From assembly GCA_964654825.1 (NCBI GenBank), contig CAZZKG010000008.1, positions 2,567 through 66,566 of the forward strand: a DNA stretch of 64,000 nucleotides, written 5' to 3'. The notes under the pieces were generated by a model. It was not told the DNA's origin, searched no databases, and was given only the letters and a program-made list of their open reading frames with translations. Source of the stretch: an uncultured Gemmatimonadota bacterium. GTDB lineage: Bacteria > Gemmatimonadota > CAZMKB01. Below are positions 18,676-28,242 of this stretch, piece after piece (position 1 is the first letter of the stretch; the number at the start of each line of letters is the position of its first letter). Position numbers and translations under genes: made by a program.

Positions 18676-19704
18676 ATGAGGAAATTCATTCTTTTCCTGA
18701 TGGTAATGCTGCTTACCGTACCAGCCCTGGTTATGGGCGGTACGGACCGTGTGGTCCTGGCCGAGCTCGGAACCGCAACCTGGTGAAACTATTGCCCGTA
18801 CGCTGATGACGCCCTCGACAGGTTGTGGGGGGAATTCGGACGACAAGAGTTCATCGCTCTTTGCTACCATCCAACCAGTGACGAGTTCGGAACCACCGAG
18901 ACGCAGAACCGACTCAACTGGTACGGACTTTCAGGATATCCCACCTGCTGGTTCGACGGCACCGACCCTTACGTAGGAGGGAGCAACTTCACCTACCAGG
19001 GATACCGGACCAGGGTAACCAGCCATCTCAACGATCCCGCTCCCGTATCCATCGATCTCACAGGATACGTTGACGCTTCCAGCGGGTCGGTCGACGCCCA
19101 TATCGAAGTGCTGGATGAGGTGACGCAGACCAGTGTCGTCGTACAATTCGTGGTATATGAGGATTACGCACAGTCGGGCTTCACAGAGTACCGCTTCGTG
19201 GTCCGGGACATCCTGCCTTCCCAATCTCTCGGCATATCTCAGCCGGGCGAGAGTGCGGACTTCACCGCTAACTTCAACGTCCAGACCGCCTGGGATGAAT
19301 CCGAAATCGGCGTTGTGGTCTTTGTACAGTCGATGAGTTCCAAGGAGATTCTCCAGGCCGCGAAACTTTCCGATGTCATCACGACGTGGTCACCCCAGTC
19401 ACCGACCGTGGTGCGGGGGACCGATCTCACCATGGATGCCGTTATCGAGAATGTAACCCCGGGCTCCGAAAACGCTGATTTCTGGCTCGAGGTGTATCTG
19501 CCCAACGGTGAGCCGTACACCGGGAATCCGGTACTGGGTCCGGTCAATTTCACGGTGCCAAACGGCTTTCTTAACACGTTCAATCCCAGTCTGTTCATAC
19601 CGGGTACCGCACCACTCTGGACCTTTACCTTCAAGGGCAGAGTCGGAGAATACCCGTGGGACATCTGGCAGACCAGCAGTTTCGATGTGACGGTTACGGA
19701 ATGA
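18676..19704 (+). CDS. Exported thioredoxin-fold/Omp28-related protein with in-frame UGA (probable selenocysteine, UxxC)
   Basis: RBS AAGGAGG and ATG 18676. Reads MRKFILFLMVMLLTVPALVMG (signal peptide), GTDRVVLAELGTATW-TGA(18784-18786)-NYCPY, continuing in frame into the track's 18823 ORF (YH, GYPTCWFDG, VVFVQ, ILQA typical of Omp28-like proteins). 342 codons. Confidence 0.85.
18812..18830 (+). promoter_or_regulatory. Candidate bacterial SECIS hairpin
   Basis: CCCUCGA-[CAGG]-UUG-(bulged U)-GGGG. The G-containing apical loop starts 32 nt after the UGA. Folded by eye only. Confidence 0.5.
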
Positions 19705-19778
19705 TGGAAGATGAAACGGGTTTGATCGACCGATGATATCGGGTCGCCCCCGTTTCGTAACAGACACACACAATACAT

Positions 19779-19821
19779 GTGCCGGGGATCCGTCGGTGAG
19801 GAACCCCGGCACTTTTATTTT
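19779..19821 (+). terminator. Rho-independent terminator
   Basis: GTGCCGGGG(A)TCC-loop-GGA(A)CCCCGGCAC followed by TTTTATTTT. Confidence 0.8.
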
Positions 19822-19848
19822 CGAGAATCAATCCCCGGCAGGGTAATT

Positions 19849-22020
19849 TCAGAAGGTGTAAATCAGCGGATTGGTCTCCCCCTGTCTCACTCCCTTCTCG
19901 CCTATCGTGCCCCCGTTGAACGAGAGGTATCCGTAATTCCCGTAATGAACGATTTTCCTGGATGGAGCCGCGACTTCTTCGAGGTTACTGCCGCAGAGAA
20001 AGACGACCGCTTTCTTCGAATTGAAGGGGTTCCGTATCACAATCACCACACTCGCGGGATCTGCGATGTCCTTCCCGTTCAGGAGGAATCCGCCTTTATC
20101 GAACGAGAACCCCCGGGGAAGATATCGCATCAGCTTCTTCGCGATCACGTTCTCATCGGGGCGGCCTATCACGAACAGGGAGCGGGTGCGGAGATCGGAT
20201 TCCGTCAGCTCTTCATCCGGCATGATCCTGACCTGCTCCTCCTTCCCCTTGAAGACCTGCGCGATATCCCGGTAATCATCCTCCCCGGCGTCCGATCCGC
20301 CCGAGGGAACAATCAAGATAGCGTTCTTGTCACCGAGAACAGTCGAGATGGTCGGTTCTATCTCGAGTGGATCGAGCCGTCTGAACACATCACAGTGCTG
20401 ATCGATGAGCAGTCTCGAAGGAGGACTGTCCGCCCGTATCCTGAATTCTTCCGAGAAATCCGAGAGAGCGACGAGTTCCTCGATATTTCCCGTTTCGGTC
20501 TCGAGAATGACCGGTATGTGGAGTCGATAGAAATCATCATCATCGATGACCTGCTTGAGTCTGAAAAAGACCTCATATTCCTCATCCTTCTTCTTTTTCT
20601 TCACATTGTCCAGCCGGACAATGGGTGCCCCTTTCCTGTCGACCCACTGATCGAAGTACCAATCCATATCTTCCATGGCGATCTCGCTGAAAATGCTCTG
20701 GATGTCGTCCCAGCCGGCTTTTTTAAACAGGTACCTCATGTAAAGAGTCCTGAGGGCTCTCACGAACTTGGCCTCACCCATATAGCTCCTCAGTTGATGA
20801 AAGATCATCGCGACCTTTCCGTAGCCAAGTGCCCGGGTGGCCGGTGTTGTCCTGCTTGTAAAAGACCGTACCGGTTGATCGTTCTCACCGTTGACATATA
20901 CCGTGTAGTCCCGTAGCAGATTTTTCCGGTATTCGACTCCTTTCTCAACCGATTGCTCCTCCTTGTAGTGATGATCGGCGAGATAGGTGGTGAGCCCCTC
21001 ACACCAGTTGCCCCGTTTATAATGGACAAACACCCCGTTACCCCACCAGTTGTGAAGCACCTCGTGCCCGAGTGAAGTGTAGACAATGAAGGGCAGCCTG
21101 ATTACTCTGCTTCCTAGAAGTGTAAACGAAGGCATGCCGTACCCGGTTGGGAAAAAATTTTCTACGATGGCGAATTTTCCGTACGCGTAAGGACCGATCA
21201 TCTCTTCGTACATGTCAATATACCGTGCTGTGGCTTCGAGATACGATTCGACGAGGTCTTTCGATTCGGGCATGAAAAAAGCGTAGATCTCGATACCGGC
21301 GTGATGGAGGACGGTCACTTCCCACTTCCCCATGATCAGATAGATTGCATCACTCGGACAATTCGACACCCAGGTCGTGATTACCGAACTCCCCGCATCC
21401 TCCCTCGAGACCTGCCTCCCCTGGGAGACGGTCTCGTAGCCCTCCGGAGTGACCGTCGTGAGATGGAAACGGGTCATCGAGCCCTCGAATACCGGGTACC
21501 AGAAACTCACCTCACTGAGAAACGCCCCTCGTTCCTCGATGAGACCGGATGTCTCATCGGCGATGCTTGTCCTTGAAAACTCAGGGACGGTAAGCGAGTC
21601 GAATATCACACCCCGGTAACGCACCTCCAGATTGACGGGATCATCGCCCCAGGACCCCTGGACACGCACGAGTCTGGCGTTTTTGTAGGCTTCTTCCCCT
21701 CCTTCACCTGCATCTTCCACAATATCGGCGATCCGGTAATCGACGATTTCCTCGAAAGGAACGTCTTCTTCATCGATCCTCACGCCATCGATTTTGAGTG
21801 ATTTATTTAGAAAAAAAGCTAGAGAACCGTCTACGGGGAAAACTTCCATCCTGTCAACCGCTTTGAGACTGTGTTCGGCAGGTGACAGCTCGATGTCGAT
21901 CACGTGTGAAACTGCAGCAGGGTCCCATCCGGTCCCGAAAGTCATCGAGGCGAACGAGAATGAAAATATTGTCATCACACCGAATATCACAACACTGAAA
22001 ATTATCGAAGGACGGTCCAT
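19849..22020 (-). CDS. M1-family (gluzincin) aminopeptidase, exported
   Basis: Signal peptide, FFPTGYGMPSFTLLG, HEVLHNWWG...WCEGL (HEXXH-X18-E), YGKVAMIFH. Confidence 0.9.
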   Translation of the reverse strand: MDRPSIIFSVVIFGVMTIFSFSFASMTFGTGWDPAAVSHVIDIELSPAEHSLKAVDRMEVFPVDGSLAFFLNKSLKIDGVRIDEEDVPFEEIVDYRIADIVEDAGEGGEEAYKNARLVRVQGSWGDDPVNLEVRYRGVIFDSLTVPEFSRTSIADETSGLIEERGAFLSEVSFWYPVFEGSMTRFHLTTVTPEGYETVSQGRQVSREDAGSSVITTWVSNCPSDAIYLIMGKWEVTVLHHAGIEIYAFFMPESKDLVESYLEATARYIDMYEEMIGPYAYGKFAIVENFFPTGYGMPSFTLLGSRVIRLPFIVYTSLGHEVLHNWWGNGVFVHYKRGNWCEGLTTYLADHHYKEEQSVEKGVEYRKNLLRDYTVYVNGENDQPVRSFTSRTTPATRALGYGKVAMIFHQLRSYMGEAKFVRALRTLYMRYLFKKAGWDDIQSIFSEIAMEDMDWYFDQWVDRKGAPIVRLDNVKKKKKDEEYEVFFRLKQVIDDDDFYRLHIPVILETETGNIEELVALSDFSEEFRIRADSPPSRLLIDQHCDVFRRLDPLEIEPTISTVLGDKNAILIVPSGGSDAGEDDYRDIAQVFKGKEEQVRIMPDEELTESDLRTRSLFVIGRPDENVIAKKLMRYLPRGFSFDKGGFLLNGKDIADPASVVIVIRNPFNSKKAVVFLCGSNLEEVAAPSRKIVHYGNYGYLSFNGGTIGEKGVRQGETNPLIYTF

Positions 22021-22099
22021 CGTTCCCTCCGCGACGGGTGACCGGCTTCACCCGCCGTCGTGATCACCCGTATCTGGTACGCAAGAAATTTATCAGCAC

Positions 22100-22124
22100 A
22101 ACTGCCGGATACCGCGCGGCAGTT
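22100..22124 (-). terminator. Hairpin downstream of the beta-barrel gene
   Basis: AACTGCCG...CGGCAGTT 8-bp stem. Confidence 0.45.
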
Positions 22125-22166
22125 TAAATGATCCAGACTCTTTTCACACTTCTCCCGGCCGGGATC

Positions 22167-22796
22167 TTAATAAAGATAGTCGATCCCCAGGCCGACCTGA
22201 AGTTCCGTCGAGTTACCGAACATGAGGTCGAGCTCGAAGTGAGCCGCCAGATTATCCCTGAACTGAAACTGGTTACCGATCGGGAGGATACCCCCGAAGT
22301 CGGATTTACTCGCGCCGAGCCGCGAGAAACGGGACACTCCCAGAAGAATCCCGGCATACGGAGAGAGCAGAGCATCGCTGCCTTCCATAGGGAACGTCCT
22401 CCCCAGTTGAGGTCCGAAACCGATTGTCAAAATAGTGGTACTACTGCCGGTCCACACGTCGAACACTCCCGCGAGTGTCAGATCAACATCATCTCCCATC
22501 GACTCCTGCATCACACCATACCTGAAATCAGCACCGAAAACAAACATGGTAACTTTTGAATCTCTCGAAAACCCGATCTTCGGAGATATGTCGATTCCCT
22601 CGGCCATCCCGTAACGGGCATGGGCAACCCAGGCGAACGAGGGGAAAGATCCGAGCACAAGATCTGTTCCAACCGCGAGCTGCTTCTCTTCCATCACCTG
22701 CGCGGACCAGTAGATCCCCGCCTGGGAAAAACCGCTCCTGGGGATTATCACGAGCAACACCAGCGCACAAACAACCAGCAGACTTCTCGATTTCAT
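22167..22796 (-). CDS. Putative outer-membrane beta-barrel protein
   Basis: Signal peptide, alternating amphipathic strands, terminal aromatic (GLGIDYLY*). Confidence 0.7.
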   Translation of the reverse strand: MKSRSLLVVCALVLLVIIPRSGFSQAGIYWSAQVMEEKQLAVGTDLVLGSFPSFAWVAHARYGMAEGIDISPKIGFSRDSKVTMFVFGADFRYGVMQESMGDDVDLTLAGVFDVWTGSSTTILTIGFGPQLGRTFPMEGSDALLSPYAGILLGVSRFSRLGASKSDFGGILPIGNQFQFRDNLAAHFELDLMFGNSTELQVGLGIDYLY

Positions 22797-22853
22797 GGAC
22801 TCCCTCCTTCCGGCTCACTGAAATGGTTCCTTACTCGCTCCCGGTGTTACCTA

Positions 22854-22932
22854 AGATTATAAAGTACGCGAAACCGTGTCAACTGTTTTTCAAAACGGGA
22901 TGTTTGACAGGTTCTGTAAAGGGCTTTAACTT
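22854..22932. promoter_or_regulatory. Back-to-back divergent sigma-70-type promoters
   Basis: Minus strand: TTGACA (22882-22877) with TATAAT at N15 or TAATCT at N17. Plus strand: TTGACA (22904-22909), N17, TAACTT. Confidence 0.55.
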
Positions 22933-22986
22933 GTAAAAAACACACTTGCAGTCAGAATTGATGTTTACCACAAAAAGGAGCAATCG

Positions 22987-25458
22987 ATGCGAAGGCAGAT
23001 ATACACGTTCACGCTTTTTTTATTGTGTCTCTCGATCAGCCTCCCCCTGTTTGCCGATCACAGGAGGGATGTCGTCCGGATTTCCACACCCGATGAGATC
23101 ACTGCGGCACGTGTTCTCTCCATGGGCCTGGATGTCGTCAGGGCAAAACCCGGCGCTTATCTCGAAGCTCTTCTCCGGCCGGATGAAATCGACCGGTTGA
23201 GAGAACGGGGATTGACCATCACCGTCGAGCGGGAGAACCTTGGAAAGATTCTTGCGGACAGGAACAGAACCGGCGGCACATCATCGATGAGGTTCGGTGA
23301 AGGTACGATTGGCGGCTACTACACCTATGATGAGACGATCGACATCCTTGATTCACTCATCGCAAATGATACTCACGGCATCATCTCCGGTCTCGACACT
23401 ATCGGTATGTCCCATCAGGGCCGGCCGATAGTCCTCTTCACGGTTTCCGACAACCCGGACGACGACGAGGGTGAGCCGGAGGTACTGTACGATGCGCTCC
23501 ACCACGCCCGTGAGCCGATGGGACTGATGAACCTTCTGTATTTCCTCGAACAGCTGATAGACAACTACGGCAGCTCCCCCCAGATCACCTACCTCGTGGA
23601 CAACCGGAAGCTCTGGTTCGTTCCCATCGTGAACCCTGACGGCTACGCGGTCAACGAGTCGATCTACGTCAACACCAGTGAATTCGGTTTCTGGAGAAAG
23701 AATGTCCGGGACAACAACTCCAACGGAGTATTCGACGACTGGTACGACGGAGTGGATCTCAACAGGAATTACGGGTACGAATGGGGCTATGACGACTACG
23801 GGTCGAGCCCCGAGCCGAGTTCGGGAGTGTACCGGGGTCCTACCGAATTTTCCGAACCTGAGACGTGGGCGATCAAGGACCTGTGCGAAAGCCGTTCGTT
23901 CGAACTCGCGCTGAACTATCACTCGTACGGAGACCTGCTCATCTTCCCGTGGGGGTACAGCGACGCGGAAACCGCCGACTCCCTGGTCTTCAGGGAGATC
24001 GCCGATCGCATGACCGAACTCAACAACTACCAGTTCGGCACGGGGTCACAGACCGTCTACTACGTGACGAACGGCGACGCGGACGACTGGATGTACGGCG
24101 AACAGATCACGAAAGACAGAATTATCTCGATGACCCCGGAGATCGGCGATACGAATGATTGGTCCTATTTCTGGCCCCCTGAGGAAGCTATCCTCCCTCT
24201 TGCGCAGGAGAACCTCTACCCGAACATCTTCCTGGCCCTTGCTGCCGGGTCCCACGTGGCGATCAGCGGTACACCACTGATCGACGACAGTACGGGGGAT
24301 GGGGACGGATATCCGGACGAAGGAGAAGCAATCGACATCACGGTGACGCTTAAAAACGTCGGTGTATCGCAGACCGCTACGGGCCTGACGTGTGAGCTCA
24401 GCACGGTGTCTCCTTCGGTGACGGTCACGAAAGAGACCGCAGCTTTCGACGATGCCGACGTCGGGCAGGAAGTCGATAATTCCCTCGACGTGTTAACCAT
24501 CCAGATAGCTGAGACAATCGTACCTGGTGAGATCGCGAAGTTCTATCTCGCGATAAGCGGCGATAACGGGTATGTGAACACCGACTCCTTCGACCTGCTT
24601 CTCGGTACACCACAGGTGATATTCTATGATGGAGCGGAAGAAGGCCTCGTGAACTTCACGTCCGACAGGTGGGATGTCGTCTCACAGCACGCAAGCGCGG
24701 GTACCTTTTCATTCACGGACAGCCCCGGCGGAAACTACCGTTCCAATGCAAATGACATAATGACCTGTCAGGTAGCACTGGACCTGTCGGATGCAGAGAA
24801 TGCCTACCTCACCTATGACGCGAGATGGGAGATCGAGAAGGGCTATGATATCGGACAGGTCGAAGTCAGCAGGGACGGGTCGGACTGGGTGACGATGGAG
24901 GCTACCGGCACATTCCCCGGGTCCGGATACACATCCTACCAGGATCCCGAAGAAGAGGGATACCAGTCGAGGCAGATCGTATTCACTCCCGAGCGGGTGA
25001 ACCTGAGTGAATTTCTGGGTGAGGGTAACGAGACCGTCACCTTCAGGTTCGTGCTGCAGAGTGATTACGGCCTTGAGTTCGACGGCTGGTACATCGACGA
25101 GATCAGGGTACTCTCCTACGGGATCGGCAGCGGGGTGAAGGACAACGGGACGAACAGGAAAGTTCCCTTCGCTTTCGGGCTCGGCCAGAACTATCCCAAC
25201 CCCTTCAACCCCACGACCACCATATCATTTGAAGTTCCCGGAGACGGTGGGACAAAAAATCAGACGAGACTGTTTATCTATAACATGCGCGGCCGCCTGG
25301 TCAAAACACTCGTGGACAGACCTCTCGAACCTGGCAGTCATCGCGTCTCCTGGAACGGGAGGAGCGACACGGGAGAGGTTGTCGGTTCGGGGCTGTATAT
25401 CTACAAATTAGAGTCGGGGGGAGAGACTGCAACGCGCAAAATGGTTCTCCTGAAGTAA
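22987..25458 (+). CDS. M14 zinc carboxypeptidase (carboxypeptidase-T-like) with accessory domains and FlgD-Ig/T9SS-like C-terminal tail
   Basis: HHAREP, WRKN, GVDLNRNY, FSEPET, NYHSYG. Tail GQNYPNPFNPTTTI...WNGRSDTGEVVGSGLYIYKL. Confidence 0.93.
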   Translation: MRRQIYTFTLFLLCLSISLPLFADHRRDVVRISTPDEITAARVLSMGLDVVRAKPGAYLEALLRPDEIDRLRERGLTITVERENLGKILADRNRTGGTSSMRFGEGTIGGYYTYDETIDILDSLIANDTHGIISGLDTIGMSHQGRPIVLFTVSDNPDDDEGEPEVLYDALHHAREPMGLMNLLYFLEQLIDNYGSSPQITYLVDNRKLWFVPIVNPDGYAVNESIYVNTSEFGFWRKNVRDNNSNGVFDDWYDGVDLNRNYGYEWGYDDYGSSPEPSSGVYRGPTEFSEPETWAIKDLCESRSFELALNYHSYGDLLIFPWGYSDAETADSLVFREIADRMTELNNYQFGTGSQTVYYVTNGDADDWMYGEQITKDRIISMTPEIGDTNDWSYFWPPEEAILPLAQENLYPNIFLALAAGSHVAISGTPLIDDSTGDGDGYPDEGEAIDITVTLKNVGVSQTATGLTCELSTVSPSVTVTKETAAFDDADVGQEVDNSLDVLTIQIAETIVPGEIAKFYLAISGDNGYVNTDSFDLLLGTPQVIFYDGAEEGLVNFTSDRWDVVSQHASAGTFSFTDSPGGNYRSNANDIMTCQVALDLSDAENAYLTYDARWEIEKGYDIGQVEVSRDGSDWVTMEATGTFPGSGYTSYQDPEEEGYQSRQIVFTPERVNLSEFLGEGNETVTFRFVLQSDYGLEFDGWYIDEIRVLSYGIGSGVKDNGTNRKVPFAFGLGQNYPNPFNPTTTISFEVPGDGGTKNQTRLFIYNMRGRLVKTLVDRPLEPGSHRVSWNGRSDTGEVVGSGLYIYKLESGGETATRKMVLLK

Positions 25459-25559
25459 TCAAACCCGACACCGGGGCACTCAACGGCAGGAGGCAGGCTG
25501 CACACCGAAACTTCGGTGAGTTCTGGACGGCGGACCATACTCTTAAGGGTTACGGAGGT

Positions 25560-26402
25560 TCAGCGGATCAGAACCATTTTCCGCACAAACGTCTTCCCGG
25601 CAACCTTCAGCGTGCTGAGGTAGACTCCGGAACGGGAAATATCTCCCCGATCGTCCCTTCCGTCCCACACCACGCTGTGGTTTCCTGACTCGACTTCCCT
25701 CTCGATCAGAGTCCTCACGAGCCGACCCCGCACATCGTATACCTCAAGACTCACGGGAGTGAGTGACCCGGCATCAACCGATACGTTGAAGGATATCGTC
25801 GTTGCCGGATTGAATGGGTTGGGATGGTTCTGATCCAGGGAAGCCCCGGGGACGAGATGTACCGGCCGCTCATCCTCGATCCCTGTGGGTTCATCGATAA
25901 GGATTCCGATCCCGAAATTGCCGGCCGACTCGTTCCACCCGACGTCGACAGCGTAGTAGAAGGAGCTCCCATCGTCACAGACTCCCCGCATGGAGATTCC
26001 GGGGGGCTGGGTCAGCACCACATTTTTTACGAAGATCCAGAACTCTCCGGTAACCAGAACGCCGGCGCTTCTCAAATCTACGGGCATCCATCTGTCTTCG
26101 TACTCGGGTGTTATGACTACGGATCCGTAACCTAATATTCGGGAGGGAGAAGTCGTGTCGGGGAGAGTGTGTATAATATACAACTCAACCTCATCCCAGA
26201 CATCGTAGTGCAGCCAGACCTCATCGAGAGTGACGGAGTCCTCTCCCACATCGAATCTCACTGCCTCGGTAAGGTATGTCCCCGACGCCCAGTAAAGAGC
26301 ATTGTCCCCGGGGTCGAACGAGGTTACGAACTCACCCTCGAGCGACCCCCCGGAAAGGATGAGCAGCGGCATAATGATCAGCAGGGCGATCCATTTTTTC
26401 AT
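25560..26402 (-). CDS. Exported hypothetical protein with FlgD-Ig C-terminal tail
   Basis: ATG 26402 after AGGTGAGG, signal peptide MKKWIALLIIMPLLILSGG, tail QNHPNPFNPATTI...WDGRDDRGDISRSGVY. Confidence 0.85.
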   Translation of the reverse strand: MKKWIALLIIMPLLILSGGSLEGEFVTSFDPGDNALYWASGTYLTEAVRFDVGEDSVTLDEVWLHYDVWDEVELYIIHTLPDTTSPSRILGYGSVVITPEYEDRWMPVDLRSAGVLVTGEFWIFVKNVVLTQPPGISMRGVCDDGSSFYYAVDVGWNESAGNFGIGILIDEPTGIEDERPVHLVPGASLDQNHPNPFNPATTISFNVSVDAGSLTPVSLEVYDVRGRLVRTLIEREVESGNHSVVWDGRDDRGDISRSGVYLSTLKVAGKTFVRKMVLIR

Positions 26403-26414
26403 TTTAGGCCTCAC

Positions 26415-27836
26415 CTATTGTTCTTGGTACGGGATCATGGGATCGACATCTATCTCCGGAATGTTCACCGCACTGTATACGTTCAGGATGCCACCGGCGA
26501 TTAAACGCCAGGGAGGGACATTCTGATCTGAAACCGGATCACTCGTCTCATAGAGCCTCGAGATGATCTGACCGGGGCTCCAGTAGGGGCACATCGACTT
26601 CACCAGGGCAGCAGCAGCGCTGACCATGGGAGTCGAGAAGGAAGTGCCGTCCCTGTAACTGTAGTAGGATCTCAGTTTACACGAATCAACGTAAGCGGAA
26701 GTCGTGAGGATCGAAACTCCCGGAGCAGCGAGATGAATCCACTCGCCATAGTTGGAAAAAGAGGCGATGGTATTATCCGAGTCGGTGGCTGCAACCCCGA
26801 CCACCCAATCATATGACGCGGGATAGGCGTGCCTGTCCATATTGTTGTTTCCGGCGCAGGCCACGACCACCGTTCCCTCATCATAGAGACACTCCGTCAA
26901 TTTGGAGAGAACGGGGTTGTCGTAATAATTGTACCAGCTGCAGTTCAGTACATCGATCCCTTCTTGGACCGAATACAGCATGGCCGGGATGATATACTCG
27001 AGATAGAGCCCCTGACGTGAGCCAGCACGGAGAGGGACAAAGCGGCAATTCCACCCTACGCCCGCCACCCCGATATGATTGTTCGTCGTGGCGGAGGAGA
27101 CACCCGCGACCCTGGTCCCGTGAAAATCCACATCGTCGAGGGCGTGTCTGGGATTGTTGTCCTCGTCGACCCAATCCCACCCGCAGAAATCATCCGGGTA
27201 TCCGTTTTCGTCATCATCCACACCATTCACTTCTTCAGGCTGTATGGCCCCATCACCATCCAGATCCTCACCCGGATTGATCCAGATATTGTCCCTGAGA
27301 TCCTCGTGGGCGAACCACACTCCCGTATCCAGTATCCCTATAATGACTTCCGGGCTCCCGAGGGTGTGCGCCCAGGCACAGGGCATATTGAGATGATCTT
27401 CCTGCATATGCCACTGGGCAGGGAACAGGGAATCGTTGGGAATGGTAAAAGGGTCATAGCTCGCGAGGAGCGGCTCATCCGGAGATCGTTCGACCCCATA
27501 GAAATAGTTTGGCGTCAGGGTTAAGCCGGGCAGACCGCCGAGATCTTCGAAGACCACCGCCAGGTCGAGGTCGGTTGTGTCCTCGGCTTCCCACCATTCC
27601 AGTACCCAGGTGGTATCACAGAGGGAGACATGGAGCGTGAGATCCTCAACCGTACATCGATAATACTGCTCCCGAGCTTCTAGTTCCCCGATTCCAAAGA
27701 ATTCATCAGCATAATAGCTGACGAAAAATCCATTGGATCGGTACGGTAGCTGCGGGACTGCGTTGGTGTTGTGAGCACCGAGCGTCGAGCTGATAACAAC
27801 TGCGCTCAACAGTGCACAGATCAGTACGTTACGCAT
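26415..27836 (-). CDS. S8 subtilisin-like serine peptidase, exported
   Basis: Catalytic triad ILDTG / FHGTRVAG / GTSFSTP and oxyanion AGNN. Likely start ATG 27836 (MRNVLICALL). Confidence 0.94.
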   Translation of the reverse strand: MRNVLICALLSAVVISSTLGAHNTNAVPQLPYRSNGFFVSYYADEFFGIGELEAREQYYRCTVEDLTLHVSLCDTTWVLEWWEAEDTTDLDLAVVFEDLGGLPGLTLTPNYFYGVERSPDEPLLASYDPFTIPNDSLFPAQWHMQEDHLNMPCAWAHTLGSPEVIIGILDTGVWFAHEDLRDNIWINPGEDLDGDGAIQPEEVNGVDDDENGYPDDFCGWDWVDEDNNPRHALDDVDFHGTRVAGVSSATTNNHIGVAGVGWNCRFVPLRAGSRQGLYLEYIIPAMLYSVQEGIDVLNCSWYNYYDNPVLSKLTECLYDEGTVVVACAGNNNMDRHAYPASYDWVVGVAATDSDNTIASFSNYGEWIHLAAPGVSILTTSAYVDSCKLRSYYSYRDGTSFSTPMVSAAAALVKSMCPYWSPGQIISRLYETSDPVSDQNVPPWRLIAGGILNVYSAVNIPEIDVDPMIPYQEQ

Positions 27837-28098
27837 AGTGATCACCCTTTCCCTTAATAGAGTAGGTATTCGGGTGAACATCCTGCCCCGCCGTGCCCGC
27901 CGGCACGCGTGCTACAAGAAGTGGTACTGAAAGCTGAACTGTTTTTTCACAGGATATTCCCCGACGGTTCAACGTGTTGAGCGACTATCGATGAACATTC
28001 AATCATCATGAAGTCTTCCTCTAAGTTCCATCGATCCCGTTTTGAGACCGGCCGGTCGATCGAAGTTGGTTTGATCAAAATACCAGGAGCATGATCTT

Positions 28099-28143
28099 TG
28101 CTATGAAAAAGATGCAAGATAGGTGCCAACTTTTTTCATAGCA
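28099..28143. repeat. 12-bp perfect inverted repeat enclosing a sigma-54 motif
   Basis: TGCTATGAAAAA (28099-28110) and TTTTTCATAGCA (28132-28143). Confidence 0.8.
28113..28129 (-). promoter_or_regulatory. Sigma-54 (-24/-12) promoter, consensus match
   Basis: Minus strand reads TTGGCAC-CTATC-TTGCA and points at the S8 peptidase gene. Confidence 0.75.
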
Positions 28144-28242
28144 GAAGAGGCTTACAGGAGGGATTTTGTCAGAGGAGCCTCCACCCGGTACGTCATTTTT
28201 ACCGGGTGGAGGAAAATCCGCCTTCCGGAATGCTCGAAATGG

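Noticed and set aside
18823-19704. ORF-track start at TTG 18823
   Set aside because: It lacks the signal peptide, RBS and active site. The upstream ATG 18676 with a UGA codon explains all three.
19705-19760. Eukaryote/archaea-type 3'-UTR SECIS (AUGA precedes the stem)
   Set aside because: The 3' side lacks the matching GA of the non-Watson-Crick quartet, and an in-frame bacterial-type candidate already exists.
26412-26417. TAG readthrough (pyrrolysine) fusing the S8 protease to the in-frame downstream tail protein
   Set aside because: The frames are contiguous, but the downstream gene has its own RBS and signal peptide, which would be senseless internally. In-frame adjacency has a 1-in-3 chance.
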